DNA from: Gammaproteobacteria bacterium HGW-Gammaproteobacteria-2 | GTDB lineage: Bacteria; Pseudomonadota; Gammaproteobacteria; Xanthomonadales; Xanthomonadaceae | Assembly (NCBI GenBank): GCA_002840015.1 | Contig: PGZE01000005.1 | Coordinates: forward strand, 408 to 64,407 | DNA: 64,000 nt | Direction: 5' to 3' | Part shown: one piece after another, positions 20,725-30,986 of the stretch | Layout: each line of letters starts with the position of its first letter | How positions within the stretch are numbered: position 1 is the first letter of the stretch | Program-made: the position numbers and the translations under genes | The notes under the pieces: generated by a model | Databases searched by the model: none | Seen by the model: only the letters and a program-made list of their open reading frames with translations | Told to the model about the DNA's origin: nothing

Positions 20725-21365
20725 CTACTCCACCGACTTTTTTCGTGACTACGCAGCTGCCGCCTACCGGCCTCCATCATCGTGCGGTGAATCTTGTCCT
20801 TGTTGCGCAGGTAAACCGCCATGTTGGCCGGTGACACGATCAGGTCAAGATCAATGCCTCCGACTTCATCGTCTTCGAACAGGTCCGGATTCTGTTGCTC
20901 CGCTTGCAGGAATGCGGCAAAAGCAAGCATGCTCCGGCCCAGCACGAAGTCGCGAACCGAGAGGCCGTGCCCGGCGAGAAAATCCGCAGCGCCCGGCGTG
21001 GCTTCAATCGCGTCGATCCATTGCGCTGTCGATTGCGGCTGCGCGTCGTCGTCTTCATCCGCGTTGCCCTCATCGGTGTCGTATTCATCGCCGCCATCTG
21101 CATCGGTGTCGTACTCAGTGTCGTCTTCATCGTCATCCGTGCCTACCAACATCCCAGCAAGCGCCGCCACCGGGTAATCAGGATCGGCCTGTGCGGCGAG
21201 GTACTTGTCGACGAAACGATCCGTCAGAGTGAAAGCTCGAATCTGCGCGATCTCCGCGCGTTGCGCATCCGTCAGGCGGGCTGCCCACACGGCAGGGCTG
21301 GCGACTGCGACAATGGCCAGCAAAGCAGCCAGCAGCAGGCGCGACAAATGGCGAGTCGGTTGCAT
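20721..21365 (-). CDS. hypothetical exported protein with an acidic D/E/T-rich tract
   Basis: Start MQPTRHLSRLLLAALLAIVAVASPAVWA (signal peptide). Internal DDDEDDTEYDTDADGGDEYDTDEGNADEDDD. Coupled starts and stops on both sides. Confidence 0.6.
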   Translation of the reverse strand: MQPTRHLSRLLLAALLAIVAVASPAVWAARLTDAQRAEIAQIRAFTLTDRFVDKYLAAQADPDYPVAALAGMLVGTDDDEDDTEYDTDADGGDEYDTDEGNADEDDDAQPQSTAQWIDAIEATPGAADFLAGHGLSVRDFVLGRSMLAFAAFLQAEQQNPDLFEDDEVGGIDLDLIVSPANMAVYLRNKDKIHRTMMEAGRRQLRSHEKSRWSR

Positions 21366-21685
21366 CAGCCCTCCGCCCTGGCAAGCGATGTGCCCTCTTG
21401 CGCCAGCAGCACAATAAGCACGATGCCGCCAACCAACGGCACCAGGCTGATCAGCAGCCACCAGCCACTGCGCCCGGTATCGTGCAAGCGGCGCGTCGCG
21501 GCGGCGAGCGAGGGCACGATGGTCGCAAGCGAAAAAACCATCGAGAGCCAGAAGCTCAGCGCCATGGCAACCAGCGAGCCGAGCACGAGAAACAGGAAAA
21601 ACCACCAATACTCCGGCCGCGACGCGGTGCCGGTGAAGTCGGCGTACTTGCTGAAACCGATGCGAATTGAATCCTGAAATGTCAT
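21365..21685 (-). CDS. DUF805 family inner-membrane protein
   Basis: SRPEYWWFFLF and RRLHDTGRSGWW signatures of DUF805 (YhaH-like). Confidence 0.85.
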   Translation of the reverse strand: MTFQDSIRIGFSKYADFTGTASRPEYWWFFLFLVLGSLVAMALSFWLSMVFSLATIVPSLAAATRRLHDTGRSGWWLLISLVPLVGGIVLIVLLAQEGTSLARAEG

Positions 21686-21782
21686 GCGTGGTACCTGTGT
21701 AGGTTGATCGTGTGGGTGAATGCGTTGCGGTTGTGTTGGTTCACGGCGGCCCCGGATTGCGTCCCTGCTCAGCGCGTCCGCG

Positions 21783-22796
21783 CTACTGCTTCACCAATTC
21801 CACCCGCCGATTGCGGGCACGGCCGGCTTCGTCATCGTTGCTGGCTACCGGCGCGAACGAGGCCATGCCTTTGGCCAGCAAACGCGCAGGCGCAATGTGG
21901 TAGTCCTTGACCAATGCCGCGACCACTGCCTCAGCGCGACGCTGCGACAGGCCGAGGTTGTGCGCGAGATCGCCGGTGGCATCGGTGTGGCCAACGATGT
22001 ACACCTTGAGTGCAGGTTGCCCGGTCAGCAGCTTGGCCATCTGCGCCAGGGTTGGCTGCGAGGCCGGATCGAGGCTGGCGCTGTCGCTGGCAAAGGTGAG
22101 GCCGTACAGGGCGATATGGCCAGTCTGCGCGAGGCCCTCGCCGATTGCCTTGGCGTCCACTGTCACCTGGCCGGTGGCCATCGGCTGGTGCTCGCAGATT
22201 TGTAGCAAGATGCCGGCGGGATTGTCGTGATTGCCATCCTTGGCAACCATAAGCACCAGATCGACAGCGCCCTCTGGCCGCTGCAAGCTGGATGTCATTG
22301 CGTAAACATTGCCATCGGTCGGACTAAGGGTCTCGATCACCAAGCGTCCTGAATCCGGTCCCATCGCACGACTTATTGCAGGCGCGCTCACCTCACTGGC
22401 GAAACCGAACCCACCACAGCCCTGCGGGCCGTCGCCACCGTGACACTCGAAGCGTGCCTGGAACCCGGCAGCGGTGATCGCCTGTGCGTAGTTGCGGTAT
22501 ATCTCCAGCGCACTCTTGCCAGCCGGTGCGACATAGGCAATGCGGGTGATCTTGCCCTCGACCGTTTCTACAACGGAAATCTCGCCACGTTCGTACTTAC
22601 CCATCGGCAACTGCATTTGATCGTAGTCGATGGTCTGATAGCCGTAGAGCACCGAGCCTGCGAAGCGCGACACCAGCGGATGGTCGTGGCTGCCTTCGAC
22701 ATCGGTCGTGGGCATATCAAGGGCCGACACGCTTGGCGCGACGATGCACAAAAGTGCGGCAAAGGCAAAACAGCGGGATGCGAAGGGATGCGACAT
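21783..22796 (-). CDS. OmpA family protein (C-terminal OmpA-like peptidoglycan-binding domain)
   Basis: Start MSHPFASRCFAFAALLCIVAPSVSA. C-terminus VGHTDATGDLAHNLGLSQRRAEAV and NRRVELV. Confidence 0.85.
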   Translation of the reverse strand: MSHPFASRCFAFAALLCIVAPSVSALDMPTTDVEGSHDHPLVSRFAGSVLYGYQTIDYDQMQLPMGKYERGEISVVETVEGKITRIAYVAPAGKSALEIYRNYAQAITAAGFQARFECHGGDGPQGCGGFGFASEVSAPAISRAMGPDSGRLVIETLSPTDGNVYAMTSSLQRPEGAVDLVLMVAKDGNHDNPAGILLQICEHQPMATGQVTVDAKAIGEGLAQTGHIALYGLTFASDSASLDPASQPTLAQMAKLLTGQPALKVYIVGHTDATGDLAHNLGLSQRRAEAVVAALVKDYHIAPARLLAKGMASFAPVASNDDEAGRARNRRVELVKQ

Positions 22797-23008
22797 GAAA
22801 GCTCTACTCCAGTAAGCAAATCGGGTGACGCAATCAACGACAACGAATGCAATTCGCTGGTGCGCAGCAAACTCCGACAATGACCAGTCGCTACGGACAA
22901 TCAACCGCACACCCGCCGTGCCGGCTGACCAACGCGACGGCACAATCTGATCCGGTGTTGCGGTGCGAGCATTCCCGCACCGCAAGACTCACAGGTTTCG
23001 TCACAAGC

Positions 23009-23302
23009 TTACTTGGCAGCCGTGTTGGTATACTGCTTGAGACTCTTGTCGTCTTTGCCTTCTTCTAACGCTAGATTGGCTTGCTTGACCGCTCGATTCG
23101 TCATTTCCGTGCCCGTCTGACCCGACAGTTCCCTAGACATTGCGGCAACTTGGGAACGCGCTGTACTGCCAAAATAGGTCACCGCTCCGATCGCCGCAAT
23201 CGCGATCAACGCGGTGATGATGATGTACTCGGTCATGCCTTGGCCGCGTTGGCGGGTGGGGTTGCTGCGGCTGCCTTGGATCACGGTTTTCATGGTTTTC
23301 AT
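23009..23302 (-). CDS. flp: Flp family type IVb prepilin, unusually long
   Basis: ATG at 23302 preceded by GGAGA. QRG/QGMTEYIIITALIAIAAIG fits G/xxxxEY. About 50 aa of hydrophilic C-terminal extension. Confidence 0.75.
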   Translation of the reverse strand: MKTMKTVIQGSRSNPTRQRGQGMTEYIIITALIAIAAIGAVTYFGSTARSQVAAMSRELSGQTGTEMTNRAVKQANLALEEGKDDKSLKQYTNTAAK

Positions 23303-23470
23303 GCGGGAATCTCCGAACAAGGGAATGGAATGCCCAGCGTGGCGCGGTCGCTGCAACAAGGGCACTGAATCGAGCGTGCGCGTTCTGCGGGCGAGGCGAT
23401 GGTAGGCAGATGGCGCAATCACCGGCAAGCGCTCGGCGCTGAACCACGCGCAAAAAGCCGGCGCACGGCA

Positions 23471-23567
23471 CTGAGCATCACTCAGGACGCCAAATTGGCT
23501 CCATAAGAATCAATCGCTTGGCGCGGCTACTGAGTGATATTCATGGATTTGCTGAATATTGCTCAGT
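23471..23567. promoter_or_regulatory. ACTGAG-type inverted repeats in the flp/regulator intergenic region
   Basis: CTGAGcatcaCTCAG at 23471..23485. ACTGAGTGATATTCA (23529..23543) pairs with TGAATATTGCTCAGT (23553..23567) with 2 mismatches. Confidence 0.4.
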
Positions 23568-23619
23568 GCCGCCAATCCACCTCCAGTTGCATCGACAGAC
23601 AACATCCCGTATTAATAAC

Positions 23620-23658
23620 CGTGACTTTTGTCACGTATTGGTAACGACTTTCGTCACA
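23620..23658. promoter_or_regulatory. two CRP/Clp-like boxes 23 bp apart
   Basis: cGTGActtttgTCACg (23620..23635) and aACGActttcgTCACa (23643..23658). Same GTGA-N6-TCAC core as the site at 5341. Confidence 0.4.
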
Positions 23659-23743
23659 TATTTGTGGTCAGCCGTTGCACCGGCCGTTCGGGGGGACACA
23701 GCCGCATGATTGAACACACCTGATCGAACGGGGACCCTATCGC

Positions 23744-24103
23744 ATGTACACGCAGTTATCGGATCGTATCCGCACCGCCCGACGCACGATGCACTGGAGC
23801 CAGGCCGAGTTGGCGAGCAAGCTCGCCGTACATGCAAGCGCAGTCGGGCACTGGGAGCGCGGCGCAGGCAACAGGCCGTCGTCTGAACGCTTGTTCGAAC
23901 TGGCCCGATTGACTGGCGTCAATGCGCAATGGCTGGCCGTCGGTAGCGGGTCGATGCACGCCGACACGGCAACCGATGCCGCCACAGCGCTGCCTGCGCT
24001 TTGCCGCGATGAAGAATACTTGCTGCGTTGCTTTCGCCGCCTGTCGGTTGACTCACGCGCCTATCTGCTGCGATTTGCGGAACACCAGACAAGCGCCGCC
24101 TGA
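23744..24103 (+). CDS. XRE-family helix-turn-helix transcriptional regulator
   Basis: IRTARRTMHWSQAELASKLAVHASAVGHWERG is a classic HTH_3 segment. Divergent from flp. Confidence 0.8.
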   Translation: MYTQLSDRIRTARRTMHWSQAELASKLAVHASAVGHWERGAGNRPSSERLFELARLTGVNAQWLAVGSGSMHADTATDAATALPALCRDEEYLLRCFRRLSVDSRAYLLRFAEHQTSAA

Positions 24104-24203
24104 AAGCCCTCACGCCTGGCGATCATGATTTGCGCGGTTGACTGGCGTTTCACTGCATTGTGCTCGGTACGCGGTGCTGAAAACCAACGATGATGACGCA
24201 CCC

Positions 24204-25010
24204 TCACAGCGACGGCAAAAAAAGCAGCAACGCGGTAATCACGGCAGCCAACGCCAGCGCCATCAGCAGCAGGCGTAGCCAGGCGCCAGTGGCGGTTTCA
24301 TTCGGAGGAACCATCTCATGTTCACTCTCTTGCTTTAATTCGGCCATTTCCTGCGCGCGAACCTCGCAGCTCGCGCGCTTTGCCAACCCTGGCGCACTGA
24401 GCATGAAGCGCAGGCCGCGCACCTCGATCTGATCGCCATGCGCCAGCACCACCTGTTGTACCGGCCAGCCATTCACCCGCGGTGTTACCGGCGAGGTGGA
24501 AACCAGCATCACGCAATCGCCGATCAATTCGAGCCGTGCTTCCTCGGCAGCGGCGTAGCGGCTGTCGAGCGGGATTTGCGCGTGTTCATCGCTGCCGATC
24601 CGCAGCACATCGTTCAACACGAACACCTGCCCGGACACCGGCCCACTCAAGCCACGCAGAACCACCGTGCCGTGTTCGATCTCGCGCACCTTGTCGGCCG
24701 GCATCGGCTCGGCGGGCACCGGCATGGGCTCGGCCACCGAGCGCAACAACATCTCGACATCGCCCAGGTGTACGCGATCACCCGCGCGCAGCAAGGCCAA
24801 TTCCGCGACGGCGCGCGAGTTTACATGGATCGAGCTACCCAGATTTCGCAACCACAAGCCTGCCGAACTGTGGTGCATGCGCGCGTGATTGGCACTGACT
24901 CCAACCCCGGCGATACGAATTGTCGAGCCCTCGGCAGTGCCGATGGTGGTGTCGCCAGCACTGAGCTCAACATCGGCTGACTCGCCATGAGGAAATGTCA
25001 ATCGCATCAC
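24204..25010 (-). CDS. membrane-anchored protein with two FHA domains
   Basis: Two FHA-like units (TIGTAEGSTIRI..NHARM..VNSRAV and LRIGSDEHAQIPL..VNGWPV) plus a C-terminal TM WLRLLLMALALAAVITALLLF. Confidence 0.8.
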   Translation of the reverse strand: MMRLTFPHGESADVELSAGDTTIGTAEGSTIRIAGVGVSANHARMHHSSAGLWLRNLGSSIHVNSRAVAELALLRAGDRVHLGDVEMLLRSVAEPMPVPAEPMPADKVREIEHGTVVLRGLSGPVSGQVFVLNDVLRIGSDEHAQIPLDSRYAAAEEARLELIGDCVMLVSTSPVTPRVNGWPVQQVVLAHGDQIEVRGLRFMLSAPGLAKRASCEVRAQEMAELKQESEHEMVPPNETATGAWLRLLLMALALAAVITALLLFLPSL

Positions 25011-25162
25011 GCAGCTCCATTGCCAATGCGCAATTTACCATGCGCAGCAACGCCCTGCGCTGCGGCGATGACCAGCGCGCAGCAATGCCATGCCCGTTGT
25101 TGCCCCGCAACTTGGCGTCAGGCTCTGGCGCGGCGACAATGCCCCGTCGCCAGGAGATCCCC

Positions 25163-25438
25163 ATGTCGCAAATCGAAATTCGCAAACCTCACAACAAACC
25201 GCTCAAGCAGGCCAAAGCCTGTGTTGATCGTGTCGCCAAGCATATTGCCGAGAAGTTCGCCATCGACTACGCGTGGGAAGGCAGCACCCTGGAGTTTTCA
25301 CGCAGCGGCGTCGATGGCCACATCAATGTCGGCAAAGACGAGATTCATGTGCGCGCCACCTTGGGCTTTCTGCTCGGAATGCTGAAAAAACCGATCGAAG
25401 ACGAAATCCAGCGTTACCTGGACGAAGAGTTCGATTGA
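25163..25438 (+). CDS. putative polyhydroxyalkanoic acid system protein (PHA_gran_rgn-like)
   Basis: AGGAGA RBS then MSQIEIRKPHNKPLKQAKACVDRVAKHIAEKFAIDYAWEG, which matches my memory of this small family. Confidence 0.72.
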   Translation: MSQIEIRKPHNKPLKQAKACVDRVAKHIAEKFAIDYAWEGSTLEFSRSGVDGHINVGKDEIHVRATLGFLLGMLKKPIEDEIQRYLDEEFD

Positions 25439-25450
25439 AACGGATGCGCT

Positions 25451-25624
25451 TTATTCGTCTGAAGATCGCCGCACGATCATCGAAATGCCGATGATGATCA
25501 AAATCGCCGGCCACCACTCGGAGATCAGTGGCCCCAGGTTGGGCATCCAGCCGCGTTTTGACAATAGAAAATAGGTGCCCAGCGCAATCAGCACCCAAGC
25601 ACTGGTCAACGATTTCCTTCGCAT
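25451..25624 (-). CDS. small two-TM membrane protein, hypothetical
   Basis: 57 aa from MRRKSLTSAWVLIALGTYFLL with a second TM WWPAILIIIGISMIV. Weak support. Confidence 0.45.
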   Translation of the reverse strand: MRRKSLTSAWVLIALGTYFLLSKRGWMPNLGPLISEWWPAILIIIGISMIVRRSSDE

Positions 25625-25713
25625 GCGGTTTTCTCTGCCATTTTGGGATGTTGTGGTGGGCAGCATGCCGCGCAGCCGTGCTGTGTGTCCATCTTTTTGG
25701 CCAACTTTTGCAC

Positions 25714-26433
25714 TCAGCGCTCCCTCGCGAACGGTTTGCCATGACCGGCAAACAGGCGGCGCGACACTTCGCGCTCACGCGAGGCGATGGTATGCAGAAA
25801 ATCGCTGGCACCATCCAGCGCAGCAAACGCGCTGAAGCCCCGTTCCAGAAATTGCTGCAAATCCGCCACCCCGGCCAGGCGCGCCGGTACCCGGCTGGCA
25901 CGCAGCAGGCCGGAGACGCCGCGCTTGTGTACGGCGCGGTCCAGAGTCTGGCCGACCGCAACAATCAGATCGATCTGGTAACAGCGCAAACGCGGGCAGC
26001 CGGCGCTGCGATAGGCCGCGCCATAACGCTGGGCGTCAAGCTCGCGTACCGCCGTCGCTGACAAGGCGCGCACCATGCGCAGGTCCAGTGCATGCGACAA
26101 CGCGCCCAATGCCACCGCATCGCCCAATGCCCGCAACAGCGATGCCGGCAACCAGCGCGCCATCAGCGGCACCACCTTGGCGATGTTCTGGTCGCGACGG
26201 GTGAAATCGCGGTCGGCGTACAGATCGGTCAGAAAAAACGTCGCCGCTGGCCGCATGCGATCATCAGCCAGCAAATCGGAAAAACTCGTCGCCAGGCGTT
26301 GCGATTGCCAACGCCGCAATTCCGGCAACCAGGGCGAAGTATTGAGCGGCTGCCGTATGGGATCATGCAGGTCGCGGTGCCATTGCACGCGTCGCTGCAC
26401 CCATTGCGCGTTGACGGATTCACTGTGTCTCAT
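25714..26433 (-). CDS. conserved hypothetical protein
   Basis: 239-aa ORF with normal coding composition. No domain recognised. Confidence 0.6.
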   Translation of the reverse strand: MRHSESVNAQWVQRRVQWHRDLHDPIRQPLNTSPWLPELRRWQSQRLATSFSDLLADDRMRPAATFFLTDLYADRDFTRRDQNIAKVVPLMARWLPASLLRALGDAVALGALSHALDLRMVRALSATAVRELDAQRYGAAYRSAGCPRLRCYQIDLIVAVGQTLDRAVHKRGVSGLLRASRVPARLAGVADLQQFLERGFSAFAALDGASDFLHTIASREREVSRRLFAGHGKPFARER

Positions 26434-26493
26434 TGCGCCAGTGTAGTGTTTCAGGCGAAATGGCGCCGGCTTTGCTTCAAGCCCGTGGGCGAT

Positions 26494-27555
26494 CTACTGG
26501 CACGCGAACAGCGCCAACCGACGCGGCCGCAGGTGCAACACATCGCCGCTGGCCGGCTCGCATTCGGGCAACTCCGACTGTGCCCACTCAGCGTTCAGGT
26601 AGTCGACGCCCGGTAAATCCACCGCCAACTCCACCATGCAGCGTCCACCCAGCCAGCGTGCATCGACAACCCTCGCGGGCAATGCGTCATCTGCACGATG
26701 CAGCGACCACTGCCAATCGAACGGCCGTATGCACACATCCACCGGCCCTTCCGCCACGGCCGAATCGGTCGGCGCAGCCCAACGTGCATCGCCGATGTGA
26801 ATCATTCCTGCGTGCAAGCGCCCTTTGAGGTGAACAACCTCGCCCAGAAAACGGCTGACAAACAAACTGGCTGGTTTGTCCTGCAACTGGCGCGGGCTAC
26901 CCACCTGGGCGATACGGCCACGCTCGATCAACACAATGCGATCGGCCACATCCAGTGCTTCGTCCTGATCGTGGGTCACCAGCACCGTGGTCACATGCAG
27001 CTCATCATGCAAGCGCCGCAACCAGCGCCGCAGATGACGACGCACCTGCGCATCGAGTGCGCCAAACGGCTCATCGAGCAACAACACCTTGGGCTCGATC
27101 ACCAATGCACGGGCGAGGGCCACGCGCTGGCGCTGGCCACCGGAGAGTTGATCGGGGTAGCGCTGCGCAAATTGCGATAGCTGCACCAGTTCCAGGTAAT
27201 GCATCACCTGCTCGCCGATCTGCACTTCGCTGGGGCGCGTGGCGCGCGGGCGAACGCGCAGGCCGAAGGCCACATTCTCGAACACGCTCATGTGGCGGAA
27301 CAGCGCATAGTGCTGAAACACAAAGCCGACCCCACGCTGGCGAGCATCCAACCGGGTGACATCCGCACCATTGAGCTGGATGTTGCCGATATCAGCAGTT
27401 TCCAGGCCGGAGATCACGCGAAGCAAGGTCGTCTTGCCGCAGCCCGACGGGCCAAGCAGTGCAACCAACTCTCCATCGTTGATAGACAGATCAATGGCAT
27501 CGAGGGCGACAAAATCGCCAAATTGCTTGTGCAGATTGCGTATTACGATACTCAC
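26494..27555 (-). CDS. cysA: sulfate/thiosulfate ABC transporter ATP-binding protein CysA
   Basis: Walker [10 protein letters not shown], signature [14 protein letters not shown], Walker B LLLDEP. Last gene of sbp-cysTWA. Confidence 0.93.
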   Translation of the reverse strand: MSIVIRNLHKQFGDFVALDAIDLSINDGELVALLGPSGCGKTTLLRVISGLETADIGNIQLNGADVTRLDARQRGVGFVFQHYALFRHMSVFENVAFGLRVRPRATRPSEVQIGEQVMHYLELVQLSQFAQRYPDQLSGGQRQRVALARALVIEPKVLLLDEPFGALDAQVRRHLRRWLRRLHDELHVTTVLVTHDQDEALDVADRIVLIERGRIAQVGSPRQLQDKPASLFVSRFLGEVVHLKGRLHAGMIHIGDARWAAPTDSAVAEGPVDVCIRPFDWQWSLHRADDALPARVVDARWLGGRCMVELAVDLPGVDYLNAEWAQSELPECEPASGDVLHLRPRRLALFACQ

Positions 27556-28409
27556 GTCAATTCCTCATCGAGCGCGGCTGTTTGCGCTGCACGCAGATCA
27601 CGCACTGCCTTGGCCTCGACCCATGACTTGAGCACTAGTGTCACCACAGCGAGCAGCGCCAATAACGATGCGACTGCAAATGCTGCAACGTGGTTGTATT
27701 CGTTGTAGAGGATTTCCACATGCAACGGCAAAGTATTGGTCTTGCCGCGGATGTGCCCGGACACCACCGATACCGCACCGAACTCCCCCATCGCCCGCGC
27801 ATTGCACAAGATCACCCCGTACATCAGCCCCCATTTGATTTTCGGCAAAGTGACGCGGCGAAAAATCTGCCAGCCATTGGCACCCAGGGAAAAGGCAGCC
27901 TCCTCATGCTCGCGCCCTTGTTGCTGCATCACCGGAATCAGCTCTCGCGCAACGTAAGGAAAGGTGACGAATACGGTTGCCAGCACGATGCCAGGCAACG
28001 CAAAAATGACCTGGATATCATGCGCAGCGAGCCACTCGCCCAGCAAGCCCTGCGCGCCGAACAGCAGCACATACACCAACCCCGATATCACCGGCGAAAC
28101 AGCCAGTGGCAAATCGATCAAGGTGATCAAGGCACTTCGTCCGGGGAACTCGAACTTGGTCACCGCCCACGCAGCGACAACACCAAAAACGGTGTTCAAG
28201 GGCACCGCGATTGCCGCCACCGTGAGGGTCAGGCGCAACGCCGCCAAAGCCGAACGCTCATCAATTGCATCGACATATGCCGACCATCCCTCTGCCATTG
28301 CGCCCAACAGCAACACCAGCAATGGCAATACCAGAACCAGCCCGGCAAGGCCAACCGCCGGCAGCACCAATGCAGCGCGCTGCCAAGCGGGCGTTCGCAG
28401 CGCGCTCAT
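27552..28409 (-). CDS. cysW: sulfate ABC transporter permease CysW
   Basis: Polytopic BPD-type permease with an EAA loop ([21 protein letters not shown]). Confidence 0.92.
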   Translation of the reverse strand: MSALRTPAWQRAALVLPAVGLAGLVLVLPLLVLLLGAMAEGWSAYVDAIDERSALAALRLTLTVAAIAVPLNTVFGVVAAWAVTKFEFPGRSALITLIDLPLAVSPVISGLVYVLLFGAQGLLGEWLAAHDIQVIFALPGIVLATVFVTFPYVARELIPVMQQQGREHEEAAFSLGANGWQIFRRVTLPKIKWGLMYGVILCNARAMGEFGAVSVVSGHIRGKTNTLPLHVEILYNEYNHVAAFAVASLLALLAVVTLVLKSWVEAKAVRDLRAAQTAALDEELT

Positions 28410-29275
28410 CGCCGTCCCCGTGCAGTCAGTCGCGCTTGCAACGAATTGATGAGCAGCAAAAGGGTAAACGCTGCTACCAGCATCACCAACGCCAATGCGG
28501 TGGCTCCGGCATAGTCGTATTGCTCCAGCTGGGTAACGATCAGCAAGGGTGTAATCTCGGAAACCAGCGGCATGTTACCGGCGATGAAAATCACCGAACC
28601 GTACTCGCCGATGCCGCGCGCAAACGCCAGTGCAAACCCGGTGATCAAAGCTGGCGCCAACGCCGGCAGGGTGACTCTGACAAAAATCTGGTGTGCGCGC
28701 GCACCCAAGCTGATCGCCACTTCCTCCACTTCGCGTTCAAGCTCCTCCAGCACCGGTTGCAAGGTGCGCACCACAAAGGGCAAACCGACAAACTGCAAGG
28801 CGATGACAATGCCTATCGGAGTAAATGCCGCTTTCACCCCGAGCTGCGCCAAGCCTTGCCCAATCCATCCGTTTGGCGCATACAAAGCCGTCAGCGCGAT
28901 GCCCGCCACTGCGGTCGGCAATGCGATCGGCAGGTCGATCAGGGCATCGATGATCTTGCGGCCAGGGAACGGATGTCGCACCAGCACCCAAGCCAGCCAC
29001 AAACCGACAAACGCATTGATCAGCGCTGCCAGCAGCGCGGCACCAAAGCTGATCTTGAGGCTGGCGATGGCACGCTCGGAGGTTACCTTGGCAATGAACT
29101 CGGACATGCCCATGTCGGCGCTGCGCAAGATCACCATCGACAACGGCACGAGCACGACTATGCCCAGATACAACAAACTGTAACCAAGGCTCAGGCCGAA
29201 GCCCGGCAACACGCCGACGCTTGCGCGCGGCAAGCGCCGGATACTGCCATCAGGTGTGGATACTGCGCTCATCAC
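28406..29275 (-). CDS. cysT: sulfate ABC transporter permease CysT (CysU)
   Basis: EAA loop [21 protein letters not shown]. Collinear with CysT. Confidence 0.92.
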   Translation of the reverse strand: MMSAVSTPDGSIRRLPRASVGVLPGFGLSLGYSLLYLGIVVLVPLSMVILRSADMGMSEFIAKVTSERAIASLKISFGAALLAALINAFVGLWLAWVLVRHPFPGRKIIDALIDLPIALPTAVAGIALTALYAPNGWIGQGLAQLGVKAAFTPIGIVIALQFVGLPFVVRTLQPVLEELEREVEEVAISLGARAHQIFVRVTLPALAPALITGFALAFARGIGEYGSVIFIAGNMPLVSEITPLLIVTQLEQYDYAGATALALVMLVAAFTLLLLINSLQARLTARGRR

Positions 29276-29303
29276 GCGACGTTGCCACGTTTACGTGCGA
29301 ATG

Positions 29304-30347
29304 TCATCGCTTGAGATAGATTTGGTCGAAGGTGCCGCCATCGTTGAAGTGCTTGGCCTGCGCGCGCTGCCAGCCACCAAACTCGCCATCGATGGTCACC
29401 AGATTCAGCCTTGGATAGTGCTTGGCATAGCGGGCAGCAACAGCCGGGTCGCGCGCACGGAAATGATGCTTGGCGATGACTTCCTGCGCTGCTGGCGTAT
29501 ACAAAAACTGAAGGTATGCCTCGGCCACTGCCCGAGTACCCCGGCGTTCTACTACCTTGTCGATGATCGTTACCGGCGGCTCGGCAAGGATGCTGAGCGA
29601 GGGCACAACGATTTCGAATTGGTCGGCACCGTAATTTTTCAGCGCAAGCAGTGCTTCGTTCTCCCAAGCGAGCAATACATCACCGATGCCACGCTCGACG
29701 AATGTGGTGGTGGAGCCACGTGCGCCGGTATCGAGCACGCTGACGTTGGCAAACAGGGCACGGATATAGTCGAGCACTTTGCCCTCATCACCCGAAAACT
29801 GGCGCCGCGCCCAGGCCCAGGCCGCGAGGTAGTTCCAGCGCGCACCACCCGAAGTTTTCGGGTTCGGCGTCACCACCCCCACACCCGCAGCGGTCAGGTC
29901 ACCCCAATCATGCAAGCCTTTCGGGTTGCCCTTGCGCACCAGAAAGACAATTGTGGACGTGTAGGGCGCACTGTTATGTGGCAACCGCTGTTGCCAATCA
30001 GCCGGAATCAATTTCCCTTTGCTCGCCATTGCGTCGATGTCGTAGGCCAGGGCGAGAGTTACCACATCGGCAGCCAGGCCGTCGATGACCGCTCGCGCCT
30101 GTTTGCCGGCACCGCCATGCGATTGGTTGATTACCACATCAATACCGTGCTCGGCCTTGTAGTCAGCGGCAAACAGCGGATTGATCTCATCGTACAGTTC
30201 GCGAGTGGGGTCGTACGACACATTGAGGATTTCAACTGGCTTGGCCTGCACTGGCAAAACAACGCAAATCGCGAACACTACCAAGGTGATGGCACTGGCA
30301 AAACGCTGCACGAGACGATTGGCAAGCGGATTTGTACGTAGCCTCAT
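29304..30347 (-). CDS. sbp: sulfate/thiosulfate-binding periplasmic protein
   Basis: AAGGAGA RBS before the ATG at 30347. Collinear with E. coli Sbp ([57 protein letters not shown]). Confidence 0.92.
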   Translation of the reverse strand: MRLRTNPLANRLVQRFASAITLVVFAICVVLPVQAKPVEILNVSYDPTRELYDEINPLFAADYKAEHGIDVVINQSHGGAGKQARAVIDGLAADVVTLALAYDIDAMASKGKLIPADWQQRLPHNSAPYTSTIVFLVRKGNPKGLHDWGDLTAAGVGVVTPNPKTSGGARWNYLAAWAWARRQFSGDEGKVLDYIRALFANVSVLDTGARGSTTTFVERGIGDVLLAWENEALLALKNYGADQFEIVVPSLSILAEPPVTIIDKVVERRGTRAVAEAYLQFLYTPAAQEVIAKHHFRARDPAVAARYAKHYPRLNLVTIDGEFGGWQRAQAKHFNDGGTFDQIYLKR

Positions 30348-30358
30348 GTCGTTCTCCT

Positions 30359-30752
30359 TCAAAATGACAGTTGCACGCGGCTGAACAAGATTTGCTCGTC
30401 GCTGCGGTTACGGCCCAGGGCTGCACCACCATCAAAGTCGGTCGGCTCCCATATCAGCACCCGGCGCCCATGCTGTGGCCTTGCTGATGGCGCTGTCTGG
30501 ACTGGCAAATGAATCGCTGCCACCGGAAAATGCATCGTTGTCGATGTTGAGCTGCCCAATCCGGGCTACCAGTTCCCACGCGCCCCAGTTGCCGCTACCC
30601 GGTGCGAACGGCGCATTCGGCTTTATACCCTTGTAGCTTGCATCCTCTCCCGTCAATACATAGTTAAGCGCAAGCTGCCAGGCATCGTGATTGAGCCGAT
30701 CATGGCGTCGACCGTCACTGCTGTCACGGCTGACCTCCTGCTCAACACGCAC
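30359..30752 (-). pseudogene. remnant of a phosphate-selective-type (OprO/OprP family) porin: C-terminal third only, frameshifted
   Basis: Frame 1: DAWQLALNYVLTGEDASYKGIKP..GAWELVARIGQLNIDND. Frame 2 ends ..[14 protein letters not shown] with a terminal Phe. No N-terminal two thirds or signal peptide. Confidence 0.6.
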
Positions 30753-30986
30753 ATCGCACGATTGATCATTTGATTCCCCAATGTGGTCATCACGTGACGG
30801 AATGTAATAGCTTTATCGCAATGCAGCAAATCACTTCGTCTCATGAGAAATGAGCAACGATCAGGTCTGCGAATCACCGCTGCGTAAACCACCGCCGCGC
30901 GGATATCGGCAATTTCGCAACTTGCGCTACCTGATCGCGGCCAGCGGTACTACAATCGGGGTACCACTCAGGACATCCGCCACCGT

